From NCBI GenBank assembly GCA_029775875.1, contig JARVKD010000001.1, forward strand, positions 810 to 64,809: a stretch of 64,000 nt of DNA, in the 5' to 3' direction. Within the stretch, counting starts at the first letter, position 1. Each line of letters starts with the position of its first letter. Position numbers and translations under genes: made by a program. The notes beneath the pieces were generated by a model, which worked only from the letters and a program-made list of their open reading frames with translations, did no database searches and had not been told where the DNA came from. Source of the DNA: Nitrososphaeria archaeon. Lineage in GTDB: Archaea; Thermoproteota; Nitrososphaeria; Nitrososphaerales; JACAEJ01. This document shows positions 46,220 to 55,611 of the stretch, one piece after another.

Positions 46220-46867
46220 ATGGTAAGAGTCAAAATATGCGGCATAACCAATGAAAAGGATCTTAAGAATTCAATAATTGCCGGAGCTGATGCTCTCGGC
46301 TTTGTAATAGATGTGAATTCATCGCCAAGAAGTATCAGCATAGATAGAGCTAGAGAATTGATGGAAAAGGTTCCTGTATTTATAAGCAAAGTGGCTGTAA
46401 CTGTTCTTGATGATTTTGATCAAATCATTAAAATAAAGAATAGGTTAAAGCCTGAATACATTCAAATTCATGGGGATTTTGACTTCGATGATGATTACAT
46501 GCTTAAGGCTTTATATGATATGCGCATGATAAGGGCAATAACATTAAAATCAAATCTATCATTGGAATCTGTTTTAAATGAAGCAGAGAATTTTGACGCT
46601 ATTCTCGTTGATTCTTATAAAGAAGGTAAGTATGGAGGAACAGGAATGGTTAACGACTTTAGAATTTGTAGAGAAATCCGAGAAGCGATACGCCCAAAGC
46701 CATTGATATTGGCTGGCGGCTTAAATCCAGATAACGTCGAAGAGGCAATACGCAGAGTCAAACCATTTGCAGTAGATGTTAGCAGCGGGGTTGAATCATC
46801 TCCAGGCATAAAGGACTATGAGAAGATGTCAAATTTTGTAGCTAGTGCTAAGAGGGTTAAGAATTGA
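46220..46867 (+). CDS. trpF: phosphoribosylanthranilate isomerase
   Basis: [35 protein letters not shown]. Confidence 0.85.
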   Translation: MVRVKICGITNEKDLKNSIIAGADALGFVIDVNSSPRSISIDRARELMEKVPVFISKVAVTVLDDFDQIIKIKNRLKPEYIQIHGDFDFDDDYMLKALYDMRMIRAITLKSNLSLESVLNEAENFDAILVDSYKEGKYGGTGMVNDFRICREIREAIRPKPLILAGGLNPDNVEEAIRRVKPFAVDVSSGVESSPGIKDYEKMSNFVASAKRVKN

Positions 46868-48054
46868 AGGAATTTACGAAATATCCAATAGATGGAAAAT
46901 ATGGAAAATATGGTGGGCGATTCATGCCAGAGACTTTGATGAGCGCTGTTCTTGATTTAGAAAAAGCATACTTGAAGCTGAAGAACGACCAAGTTTTCAA
47001 AAAAGAACTTGATTACTATCTATCAGAGTACGCTGGCAGACCTACTTCACTATATTTTGCCAAGAATTTGTCAAAAAAAGTAGGAGGCGCAAAGATCTAT
47101 CTTAAAAGAGAGGATCTATTGCATGGAGGAGCCCATAAGATAAACAACACTCTAGGTCAAGCTCTAATGGCAAAGAAGATGAGAAAGAATAGAGTGATAG
47201 CTGAAACTGGGGCTGGTCAACATGGTGTAGCAACAGCCATGGCATGTGCAGTTCTTGGTTTAAAAGCTGAAATATACATGGGAAAAGAAGATATTGAGCG
47301 CCAAAAGCTTAATGTCTTTCGTATGAATTTATTAGGTGCAGAAGTTCATCCAGTTGGGTCTGGGTCAAAAACACTAAAGGATGCAATAAACGAGGCCCTT
47401 AGAGACTGGGTAGCGAATGTTAAGACAACTTATTATCTCATAGGCTCTGTCGTCGGTCCTCACCCTTATCCTATGATAGTTAGAGACTTTCAAAGCGTGA
47501 TAGGAAAAGAGATCAAATCACAGATAATGGAGAAAGAGAACAGATTGCCAGATGCCTTAATTGCTTGTGTAGGAGGAGGGAGTAATGCCATGGGTACCTT
47601 TTACCCATTCTTAGACGATCATAATGTCAAATTATATGGTGTTGAAGCAGGAGGGCATGGTATAGAATCAGGGGCGCATGCAGCTTCTCTTTGTGCCGGG
47701 GATGAAGGAATCTTACATGGAATGCTTACATATCTTCTTCAAGATGAGCATGGTCAAATCAGTACAACCCACAGCATATCTGCTGGCCTCGATTACCCTG
47801 GCGTTGGACCTGAACACTCATTTCTGAAAACTATGGATAGAGCAAAGTATGTGAGCATGACTGACGATAAAGCTGTCAAGGCTTTTATTGAACTATCTAA
47901 AACTGAGGGTATAATTCCTGCTTTAGAACCTTCTCATTCTTTAGCCTATGCTATAGAATTGGCTGAAAACATGAAAAAAGATGATTTGATAGTTGTGACT
48001 TTATCCGGTCGTGGGGATAAAGATGTGCAAGTTGTAGCAGATTATCTAAAGTGA
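46864..48054 (+). CDS. trpB: tryptophan synthase beta chain (TrpB1 type)
   Basis: [23 protein letters not shown] (PLP lysine), [39 protein letters not shown]. Confidence 0.95.
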   Translation: MKEFTKYPIDGKYGKYGGRFMPETLMSAVLDLEKAYLKLKNDQVFKKELDYYLSEYAGRPTSLYFAKNLSKKVGGAKIYLKREDLLHGGAHKINNTLGQALMAKKMRKNRVIAETGAGQHGVATAMACAVLGLKAEIYMGKEDIERQKLNVFRMNLLGAEVHPVGSGSKTLKDAINEALRDWVANVKTTYYLIGSVVGPHPYPMIVRDFQSVIGKEIKSQIMEKENRLPDALIACVGGGSNAMGTFYPFLDDHNVKLYGVEAGGHGIESGAHAASLCAGDEGILHGMLTYLLQDEHGQISTTHSISAGLDYPGVGPEHSFLKTMDRAKYVSMTDDKAVKAFIELSKTEGIIPALEPSHSLAYAIELAENMKKDDLIVVTLSGRGDKDVQVVADYLK

Positions 48055-48058
48055 AGAT

Positions 48059-48877
48059 TTGATGAGCATGAAGGAAACTTTTGAGAGGCTTAAGGATAGG
48101 GGTGAGGGCGCCCTTATCAGCTATATAATGGGAGGAGACCCTAGACCTGATCTCACACCAAAGATAGCTGAAGCGTTAATAGAAGGTGGAGTAGACATAT
48201 TGGAGCTAGGAATCCCCTTTTCAGATCCTATAGCAGATGGTCCAACGATTCAAGCAGCAAACTTAAGAGCTTTGAAATCTGGTACAACTCCTGTAAGAGT
48301 CTTAGAAATAGCCAATCAAATCAAGGGCTATCATAATATACCTGTCGTTATTCTTACTTACTATAACATCATCTTTAGAATAGGTTTAGAGAATTTCTTC
48401 GATAAAGCAAAGAAGAGTAAAGTCGATGGTATAATTGTGCCAGATTTACCAGTGGAAGAAGCTCAAGATTACAAATTTATAGCCAATAAGCATGGCATTG
48501 ATACAATATTTCTTGCCTCTCCTTCCACGAGCATTGTTAGGTTGAAGAAAATTATTGAGTATACTTCAGGCTTTCTCTATATTGTATCTCTCTTTGGTGT
48601 AACTGGTGCTAGAAAGACACTTAAAAGATCAACTATTCGCCTTATAGAAAAAATAATACCTTACATTAAGGGTAAGACACCTCTTGCAGTAGGCTTTGGC
48701 ATTTCTCAACCATATCAAGTCAGGAGCATCATAGAGGCAGGAGCAGATGGGGCTATAGTGGGAAGTGCTTTTGTAGAAATAATTCAGAAAAATGAATATG
48801 ATGAGGATAATATGCTAAACAGCATAAGGAATTATGCAAATGAATTGAAAAAAGCCACCATTTTGGAAGGTGAATAA
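48059..48877 (+). CDS. trpA: tryptophan synthase alpha chain
   Basis: DILELGIPFSDPIADGPTIQ, YYNIIF, GFGISQP, GAIVGSA. ATG 48062 is an alternative start. Confidence 0.9.
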   Translation: MMSMKETFERLKDRGEGALISYIMGGDPRPDLTPKIAEALIEGGVDILELGIPFSDPIADGPTIQAANLRALKSGTTPVRVLEIANQIKGYHNIPVVILTYYNIIFRIGLENFFDKAKKSKVDGIIVPDLPVEEAQDYKFIANKHGIDTIFLASPSTSIVRLKKIIEYTSGFLYIVSLFGVTGARKTLKRSTIRLIEKIIPYIKGKTPLAVGFGISQPYQVRSIIEAGADGAIVGSAFVEIIQKNEYDEDNMLNSIRNYANELKKATILEGE

Positions 48878-48880
48878 AAA

Positions 48881-48888
48881 TTTATATA
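48881..48888 (+). promoter_or_regulatory. TATA-like box TTTATATA just after trpA
   Basis: 4 nt after the trpA stop. It would give a ~125-nt 5' leader ahead of the aspartate kinase start. Confidence 0.25.
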
Positions 48889-48967
48889 TGTGCAAGCTTC
48901 TAATTGCCGTCATTTAAGATAAGAGGCGATTGACTTTATTTGCCGAACTGGATCCCGCATAATTCCG

Positions 48968-49024
48968 ATGGATTCTTCGCCTACTTCTGGAACTAGATAC
49001 TTTTTCTTTAACTTCTATTACTAA
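48968..49024 (+). promoter_or_regulatory. candidate Phe/Tyr-rich leader-peptide ORF MDSSPTSGTRYFFFNFYY*
   Basis: ATG 48968, TAA 49022-49024. 7 of the last 8 sense codons are Phe/Tyr. It ends 14 nt before TTG 49038, and the SD-like GAGGT (49026-49030) follows its stop by one nucleotide. Confidence 0.35.
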
Positions 49025-49037
49025 AGAGGTTTTCATC

Positions 49038-50252
49038 TTGGAAAAGCCCATAATTGTGGTGAAATTCGGCGGTTCTGTTCTCATGAATGAGGAGAATCTG
49101 AAAAAGGCTGCAGATATGATAAAATCTGAAGTGGAAAAAGGTTCAAGACTCGTGCTAGTTGTCTCAGCGCTTAAGGGTCAAACAGATGAACTCCTCAATT
49201 TAGCCAACAAAGTAGCGCCAGATGTATCTTTATCTTACCTTGATGAGATTTTGGCCATGGGTGAGAAGACCAGCGCTCGCATCATGTCTGCTGCTCTTGC
49301 TTCAAAAGGTCTAAATCCCTACTTAATAGATACAGAATCCCCCCATTGGCCCATAATTACTGATGACAAGCATGGTGATGCTAATCCGTTACTAGATGAA
49401 ACTTCAAGAGCTATAGAAGAAAAACTGATTCCCGTAATAGAATCAGGTAAGATACCTGTAATATGTGGTTTTATTGGCAAGAGCAAAACGGACAAAGTAA
49501 CCACTATGGGAAGGGGAGGGAGCGATACAACCGCTGTACTATTAGGTAGTTGTTTAAATGCAAAGGAGGTTGTCCTTGTTAAAGATGTAGGCAGCATTCT
49601 ATCAGCGGACCCATCGAAAGTTGAGGGTTCAGTCCCAATTGATATACTAGATCCAGAGGAAGCCTATATCCTAACTGCAGGAGGGGCGAAGATTCTTCAA
49701 GCCAAGGCTCTCAGGTACAAAAAGGATGATTTGATAATAAGAGTAATTAGCCTTGAAAATAAGAATCTCACATCAGGCGGGACTTTGATCGGCAAAGGCT
49801 CTCTTGGATACGAGATTGAGTGTTATGATAAACCTGTTACAATGGTTACTATAGTAGGTGCTGAGGCGTCGAATCCTCAATCATTGGCTTTGTTGGCATA
49901 TGAGGTTCAAAGATCTGGGGGCGACATAGTATCTATTACTTCTGATGAAAAATCCTCGATTCTTTACATATCAAATGGTAGAAAACTCCTTAACAACTTG
50001 CACAAATTGATGGTGGAGAAGAGGATAGGAAAGGCAGTAAGCTCCTTTGAGGACTTGTCCATGGTGTCGATTAAGGGGAGGCAGTTGGAGACCAACCCAG
50101 GAATAATACAAAGATTCATAACACCTCTGGCTGATCAAGGCATAAACATTTACGGTCTAGTCACCATAAGCTCTTCTATCAAAATCTTTATTTCAAATAA
50201 AGAAATAGAAAAAGTTCTTACCTTGCTTAGAAGGGCATTGAAGGGTGAATGA
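49038..50252 (+). CDS. aspartate kinase with C-terminal ACT domains
   Basis: TTG start. IIVVKFGGSVL, MGRGGSDTTAVLLG, VKDVGSILSADP, two ACT-like repeats. Confidence 0.9.
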   Translation: MEKPIIVVKFGGSVLMNEENLKKAADMIKSEVEKGSRLVLVVSALKGQTDELLNLANKVAPDVSLSYLDEILAMGEKTSARIMSAALASKGLNPYLIDTESPHWPIITDDKHGDANPLLDETSRAIEEKLIPVIESGKIPVICGFIGKSKTDKVTTMGRGGSDTTAVLLGSCLNAKEVVLVKDVGSILSADPSKVEGSVPIDILDPEEAYILTAGGAKILQAKALRYKKDDLIIRVISLENKNLTSGGTLIGKGSLGYEIECYDKPVTMVTIVGAEASNPQSLALLAYEVQRSGGDIVSITSDEKSSILYISNGRKLLNNLHKLMVEKRIGKAVSSFEDLSMVSIKGRQLETNPGIIQRFITPLADQGINIYGLVTISSSIKIFISNKEIEKVLTLLRRALKGE

Positions 50253-51310
50253 ACATGAAAAGAATCAAGACCGCAATTCTTGGAGCAACTGGGATGATAG
50301 GACAGAATTACCTATACCTTCTCTTAAACCATCCTTGGTTTGAAGTTACGACTCTAACAGGGGGAGAATCTGCTGGCAAAAAGTATGGTTCTACAGGCAA
50401 ATGGTTAATGTCTCCAGATATGCCTGAGCAGTATAAAGACGTAATCGTCAAGTCTACAGAACCAAAAGAAGTTGATGCAGATCTGATCTTTTCAGCTTTA
50501 CCGACTTCTGCAGCAAAAACAGTAGAGCCAAAGTTTGCTGAGGCAGGCTTTCACATAATAAGTGATTCCAGCGCTTTCCGTTTATATGATGATGTGCCAG
50601 TGGTCATACCTGAAGTGAACCCCGATCATTTAAGCCTATTAGACGTTCAAAGACGTAAGAGGAAATGGAACGGTTTCATCGTTTCAAATCCAAACTGTAC
50701 TGCTCTAGGCCTGACTATAGCCTTAAAGCCTATACATGATTTGTTAACGATAAAGAAGATGGTAGTTACAACTATGCAGGCTTTATCAGGAGCAGGCATC
50801 CCAGGGGTTCCCTCTCTCTTAATAACCGATAACGTCATACCTTTCATAGCTGAAGAAGAGGAGAAGGTTCAATTGGAACCATGTAAGATACTAGGTAACA
50901 TAGAAGGAGATAGAATAAAGCCAGCAGATATAAAAGTTGAAGTGTCTTGTAACAGAGTTCCAACGATAGACGGGCACTTAGAATCAGTGTATATTGAGAC
51001 TAAGGAAAGAGTTGATGTGGATATAGTAAAAGATGCCCTAAGGTCTTTTAAAGGAAAACCTCAAGAGTTCAAACTTCCAATGGCTCCAACTCAGCCCATA
51101 ATAGTTAGAGAAGAAGAAGATAGGCCTCAACCTCGCCTTGATAGGCTTGCAGGTTCTGTACCAGGAATGAGTGTAACTGTTGGCAGAGTTCGCCGTGGAT
51201 CAGACGCGAACTCTCTTTGGTTGCATGTCCTTAGCCACAATACAATAAGGGGTGGCTCAGGCTCATCTATACTTTTAGGAGAATTGATAGTAGCTTTGAA
51301 GATGATCTAG
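50249..51310 (+). CDS. asd: aspartate-semialdehyde dehydrogenase
   Basis: AILGATGMIGQ, VSNPNCTA (active-site Cys), SHNTIRGGSG. ATGA overlap with aspartate kinase. Confidence 0.9.
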   Translation: MNMKRIKTAILGATGMIGQNYLYLLLNHPWFEVTTLTGGESAGKKYGSTGKWLMSPDMPEQYKDVIVKSTEPKEVDADLIFSALPTSAAKTVEPKFAEAGFHIISDSSAFRLYDDVPVVIPEVNPDHLSLLDVQRRKRKWNGFIVSNPNCTALGLTIALKPIHDLLTIKKMVVTTMQALSGAGIPGVPSLLITDNVIPFIAEEEEKVQLEPCKILGNIEGDRIKPADIKVEVSCNRVPTIDGHLESVYIETKERVDVDIVKDALRSFKGKPQEFKLPMAPTQPIIVREEEDRPQPRLDRLAGSVPGMSVTVGRVRRGSDANSLWLHVLSHNTIRGGSGSSILLGELIVALKMI

Positions 51311-51319
51311 TGAATTAGT

Positions 51320-52108
51320 ATGGTTTGGGGAAAAAGAGTTCGCTTAGACAGGATTACATCTAATGGAAAGATGATATGTGTACCTATGGATCACGGCGTT
51401 ACCATGGGGCCTATGAAAGGATTGACAGATATGGATTATATCATCAAAAAAGTTAGTGAGGGAGGAGCAACATCAGTTCTAGTGCACAAAGGCATAATTC
51501 ACTCACTGAAAGAGCCGCCAAGAATCGGGATGATAATGCACCTAACAGGTAGCACAAATTTAAGCTTGGCCCCTAATAGGAAGGTTCAGGTTGGATTCGT
51601 TGAGGAGGCTATAAGGCTTGGTGCCGACGCAGTATCTGTGCATATTAACATAGGATGCAAAGAAGAGCATGAGATGCTTGAAATTCTTGGAAATCTGGCT
51701 TGTGATTGTGATGCACGGGGAATGCCCCTTATAGCCATGATGTATCCAAGAGGGGAGAACATAAAGGATCCTAATAATCCAGAAGTAATAGCTCATGTAG
51801 CAAGAATAGGGGCTGAGCTTGGTGCAGATATTATCAAAACTGTATACACAGGAGACCCGGAATCTTTTAAGAAAGTCGTTAAAGGTTGTCCTGTGCCTAT
51901 AGTGATAGCTGGGGGACCAAAGTCTGAGACTGACCGTGATGTATTAGAAATGGCTTATGGTGCAATAAAGGCAGGCGCTATAGGAGTAGCCTTTGGTAGG
52001 AACGTTTTTCAGCATGATCGCCCAGATGCCATGGTTCGTGCACTACACATGATTATAATGCAAGGTAAAAGTGTTGAGAAGGCTTTAGAGGTCTTAAAAA
52101 TTGGCTAA
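51320..52108 (+). CDS. aroA': 2-amino-3,7-dideoxy-D-threo-hept-6-ulosonate synthase (ADH synthase, class I aldolase DhnA family)
   Basis: GKRVRLDRI...ICVPMDHG, DIIKTVYTG. Followed by DHQ synthase II, as at MJ0400/MJ1249-type loci. Confidence 0.8.
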   Translation: MVWGKRVRLDRITSNGKMICVPMDHGVTMGPMKGLTDMDYIIKKVSEGGATSVLVHKGIIHSLKEPPRIGMIMHLTGSTNLSLAPNRKVQVGFVEEAIRLGADAVSVHINIGCKEEHEMLEILGNLACDCDARGMPLIAMMYPRGENIKDPNNPEVIAHVARIGAELGADIIKTVYTGDPESFKKVVKGCPVPIVIAGGPKSETDRDVLEMAYGAIKAGAIGVAFGRNVFQHDRPDAMVRALHMIIMQGKSVEKALEVLKIG

Positions 52109-53183
52109 GAAAAATCCTGATAAAGAGATCATAATTGTCTTGCCTAATGAGAAGAACACTGCCTCTGAAATTTTAAAGAACGCCCTTGAGAATAACATCA
52201 AATCATTTCTATGTGATCCAAAATTAATAGATGATGATGTTCGTAGCAAAGTTAGATTGTTCTCATCATCTAAGGAAGGAGATGTTGTATTAATAGACTC
52301 TTTAGACAAAGTTGCAGGAGTCAAAAGAATGGGTAAAGCATTCGCTTTAAGTGTTAAAATTTCAAAGAAAGAGGATGAAGACGTTGTGATTAATGCCTCT
52401 AAACAAGGAGCCATAGGCGTTTTGATTGAAACAGAGAATTGGAAGATAATTCCGTTAGAGAATTTAGTGGCTCAATTACATAAGAAGAATACAAAACTTT
52501 ATGCAAAGATAGAGCATTTGGAAGAAGTTCAAACCATGTTTGGGGTGCTTGAACTAGGTGTTGATGGTGTAGTATATGCTCCAAAAAGTCCTGACGATAT
52601 AAAAAGCCTCGTAGGCTATCTTTCTAAACAAAAAAGGCTTGAATTAATCTCTGTGAAGATAAAAGAAGTGAAAGATGTTGGAATGGGTGATAGAGTTTGC
52701 ATAGATACTGCATCTATGTTAGAGATTGGCGACGGAGCATTAGTAGGTAGTCAATCTGACTTATTCTTTCTTATTCATAGTGAGACAATAGGCTCTGAGT
52801 TCACTTCCCCAAGACCTTTTCGTGTAAACGCTGGAGCAGTTCATAGTTACATACTTTTGCCAGATGCTAAAACAAAGTACCTATCCGAAATCGAGGCAGG
52901 AGATGAAGTCTTGATTGTGAATAGTCAAGGCATAACTAAATCAGCCATTGTAGGAAGAGCGAAGATAGAAAGGAGACCATTGCGCTTAATAAAAGCAACA
53001 TACAATGGAAGAATAGCGAGCATATTGGTTCAAAACGCAGAAACGATAAGGTTAGTTGGTAGGAACAATAAGTTGATTTCTGCTACAGAAATAAAGCCCG
53101 AGGATGAGGTGTTGGCTTATGTCCATGCGCCTAGCGGTAGACACTTCGGTATTCAAGTAGATGAGCATATAATAGAAAAGTAG
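52101..53183 (+). CDS. aroB': 3-dehydroquinate synthase II (archaeal type)
   Basis: 360 aa. VLELGVDGVVY, VCIDTASML, GDGALVGS, RPFRVNAGAVHSY are characteristic of DHQ synthase II. Confidence 0.85.
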   Translation: MAKKNPDKEIIIVLPNEKNTASEILKNALENNIKSFLCDPKLIDDDVRSKVRLFSSSKEGDVVLIDSLDKVAGVKRMGKAFALSVKISKKEDEDVVINASKQGAIGVLIETENWKIIPLENLVAQLHKKNTKLYAKIEHLEEVQTMFGVLELGVDGVVYAPKSPDDIKSLVGYLSKQKRLELISVKIKEVKDVGMGDRVCIDTASMLEIGDGALVGSQSDLFFLIHSETIGSEFTSPRPFRVNAGAVHSYILLPDAKTKYLSEIEAGDEVLIVNSQGITKSAIVGRAKIERRPLRLIKATYNGRIASILVQNAETIRLVGRNNKLISATEIKPEDEVLAYVHAPSGRHFGIQVDEHIIEK

Positions 53184-53194
53184 ATAATTTCAAA

Positions 53195-53890
53195 ATGCTA
53201 AAGAAAAGGGTAAAAATCTGCGCATCTATAGGTGTTAGAAATATAGAAACACTCAATGAGAAGATAGAAGAAGCTTTCAATCTAGGCTCAGATTTCGTTG
53301 AAATAAGAGTAGATTATTTATCACAAATAAACTTCTCAATTATGAAAGAAGCCATAAAAGAGCGCATTGATAGATGCATATTAACGTGCAGAGCCAAAAG
53401 CGAGGGTGGAGAGTTCAAGGGTAGCGAAGAAGAAAGACAAAAAGTGTTATTGAATCTCTCAAAGCTTAAACCTGCTTATATGGATATCGAGTTAAGCCTT
53501 GCTCGAAATAATCTTGAGCTTTTGAGTTCGATAAAGAATTCAGAAGCTTCGATAATTTTGTCTTGGCATAACTTTGAAAAAACTCCTTCTTTCCAATTCC
53601 TTAAAAGCACTCTTGATAAAGCCAAGCCTCTGGGAAAAATAGTAAAGATCGTTACAATGGCTAAAGATTTTTCTGATAATATCTCGATTTTAAATTTGTA
53701 CAAGCATTCAAAACCTAATAAACTAATTGCTTTTTGTATGGGTGATAAAGGGCAGATATCAAGGATTCTTTGTCCAATACTTGGTAGTCCATTTACATAC
53801 GCTTCATTACCAGGCTCGTCTACTGCACCAGCTCAGATTATGGTTAAGGAGTTAAGAGAGCTTTATGGGATACTCGAATTGTATTGTTAG
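53195..53890 (+). CDS. aroD: 3-dehydroquinate dehydratase, type I
   Basis: DFVEIRVDYL, ILTCRAKSEGGEF, ILSWHNFEKTP, KIVTMA (Schiff-base Lys region). Confidence 0.8.
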   Translation: MLKKRVKICASIGVRNIETLNEKIEEAFNLGSDFVEIRVDYLSQINFSIMKEAIKERIDRCILTCRAKSEGGEFKGSEEERQKVLLNLSKLKPAYMDIELSLARNNLELLSSIKNSEASIILSWHNFEKTPSFQFLKSTLDKAKPLGKIVKIVTMAKDFSDNISILNLYKHSKPNKLIAFCMGDKGQISRILCPILGSPFTYASLPGSSTAPAQIMVKELRELYGILELYC

Positions 53891-54734
53891 CAATAAAACT
53901 CGTCTATGTTGTGTAATAGGTCATCCAGTCGATAAATCCTTGTCCCCAATAATGCATAACGAAGCCTTTAGAGCTAAAGGTCTTAATTATGTTTACCTTG
54001 CCTTCGATGTTGATACTTCCCGTTTGAAGGAAGCTGTAGAAGGTCTAAGGGCTTTGAAGGTTAAAGGCTTTAATGTCACAATGCCCCATAAAGTTGCCAT
54101 TTTGAATCTTCTTGATAGAATTAATGAAGGTGCATCTTTGGTTGGTGCTGTGAACACCGTAGTCAATGATGATGGTGAACTTATTGGTTACAATACAGAT
54201 GTAAATGGAATTATATCAGCATTAGAAGCAAAGGTTCGTTCTTTAAAGGGTTTGAAAGCTTTGTTGATAGGGGCTGGGGGCGCTGCTAGAGCCTGTATAG
54301 TTGCACTAGTTTCGAAAGGTTGCAAAGAGATCATTATTATGAATCGTACTTTTGATAAGGCAAAGTTAATGGCAGAGGATTTGGGTAAGAAGCTGAAGAT
54401 GAATTATAATTTAGAGGAGCTTAGCATGAACTCTCTAAAGAAAGCTATAAACTCTGTAGATATTCTCATGAATGCAACTCCTATTGGTACTAATCCAAAT
54501 TTAGATGAGAGCATTGTTCCACAAGAATTGATAAAGAAAGATATGGTAGTCTTCGATGCAGTTTATAATCCTAAAAAGACGAAGCTAATTAGAGATGCTG
54601 AAAAAATGGGTGCAAAAGTCATCCCTGGGTATGAAATGTTTGTAGGACAAGGAGCTGCTTCTTTTAAGCTCTGGACAGGAATAGATGCGCCTATTGATAT
54701 AATGAGAAGAGCAGTTCTTAAAGCTCTAGGGTGA
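53865..54734 (+). CDS. aroE: shikimate dehydrogenase
   Basis: VIGHPVDKSLSPIMHN, GFNVTMPHK, GAVNTV, GYNTD, GAGGAARA. Overlaps aroD by 26 nt. Confidence 0.85.
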   Translation: MGYSNCIVSNKTRLCCVIGHPVDKSLSPIMHNEAFRAKGLNYVYLAFDVDTSRLKEAVEGLRALKVKGFNVTMPHKVAILNLLDRINEGASLVGAVNTVVNDDGELIGYNTDVNGIISALEAKVRSLKGLKALLIGAGGAARACIVALVSKGCKEIIIMNRTFDKAKLMAEDLGKKLKMNYNLEELSMNSLKKAINSVDILMNATPIGTNPNLDESIVPQELIKKDMVVFDAVYNPKKTKLIRDAEKMGAKVIPGYEMFVGQGAASFKLWTGIDAPIDIMRRAVLKALG

Positions 54735-54738
54735 TTTT

Positions 54739-55611
54739 GTGAGAGGAAAAGGAATAGCTTTCGGCGCTATATCTATAGTGAACGCCATTGCAACTGGCAA
54801 TGGTGCTGCCCTTGGGGCTCAGTTAAAGACAGAAGCTGAAGTAGAATTGATAGAGAATTCTGATCAAATAGATGTAAAGATCATTGGTAGCGATAATGAA
54901 GAAGATAAGACCTTAGCCAAATATGCCGTAGAAGAAGTTTTGACTAATTTAGGCTATAAGAACTATGGGGCAAGAGTTACTACAAAGTCTGATATTCCCA
55001 TTGGAAAAGGTCTCAAGAGCTCGAGCGTTGCTTCAAACGCAATAGTGTTAGCAACTTTGGCTGCTTTAAGGATGAATTTAGACGATTTAAGGATAATAAA
55101 TTTAGGTGTAGATGCTTCCATAAAGGCAGGCGTAACCATAACTGGAGCTTTTGACGATGCTTGCGCATCTTATTTTGGAGGATTGGTTGCAACTGATAAC
55201 ACTAAGCGAGTAATAGAAAAAAGAGAAATGTTGAAAGATGATTACCATATAGTAATATACGCCCCGCCTGAAAAGGCTTATACAAAGGATGTTGACAAAA
55301 CTAGGCTTAAGAAATTTGAATCCCTTTTCAAGGAAGCCTATTCATTGGTTATGAAAGGTGAGTATTGGGAAGCCATGGTTTTAAATGGTTTAGTATGCTC
55401 TACTGCATTAGGCTTTAGTACAAAGCCAATTTTAAATGCTCTATTAGCTGGAGCTAAAGGTTCAGGTCTTTCAGGAAAAGGGCCTGCTGTGGTTGCTATC
55501 TGCCATCCTGATAGAGTTAATGGAATAGCTTCAGTTTGGGCTGACTTGCCTGGAGAAATAATATACACAAGGATAAACTATGAGAAGGCAAAAGCGGTGA
55601 TATTGGATTGA
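54739..55611 (+). CDS. aroK: shikimate kinase, archaeal GHMP-kinase type
   Basis: GTG start. AISIVNAIATGNGAA, PIGKGLKSSSVASNA (GHMP motif), GSGLSGKGPAV. Confidence 0.8.
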   Translation: MRGKGIAFGAISIVNAIATGNGAALGAQLKTEAEVELIENSDQIDVKIIGSDNEEDKTLAKYAVEEVLTNLGYKNYGARVTTKSDIPIGKGLKSSSVASNAIVLATLAALRMNLDDLRIINLGVDASIKAGVTITGAFDDACASYFGGLVATDNTKRVIEKREMLKDDYHIVIYAPPEKAYTKDVDKTRLKKFESLFKEAYSLVMKGEYWEAMVLNGLVCSTALGFSTKPILNALLAGAKGSGLSGKGPAVVAICHPDRVNGIASVWADLPGEIIYTRINYEKAKAVILD

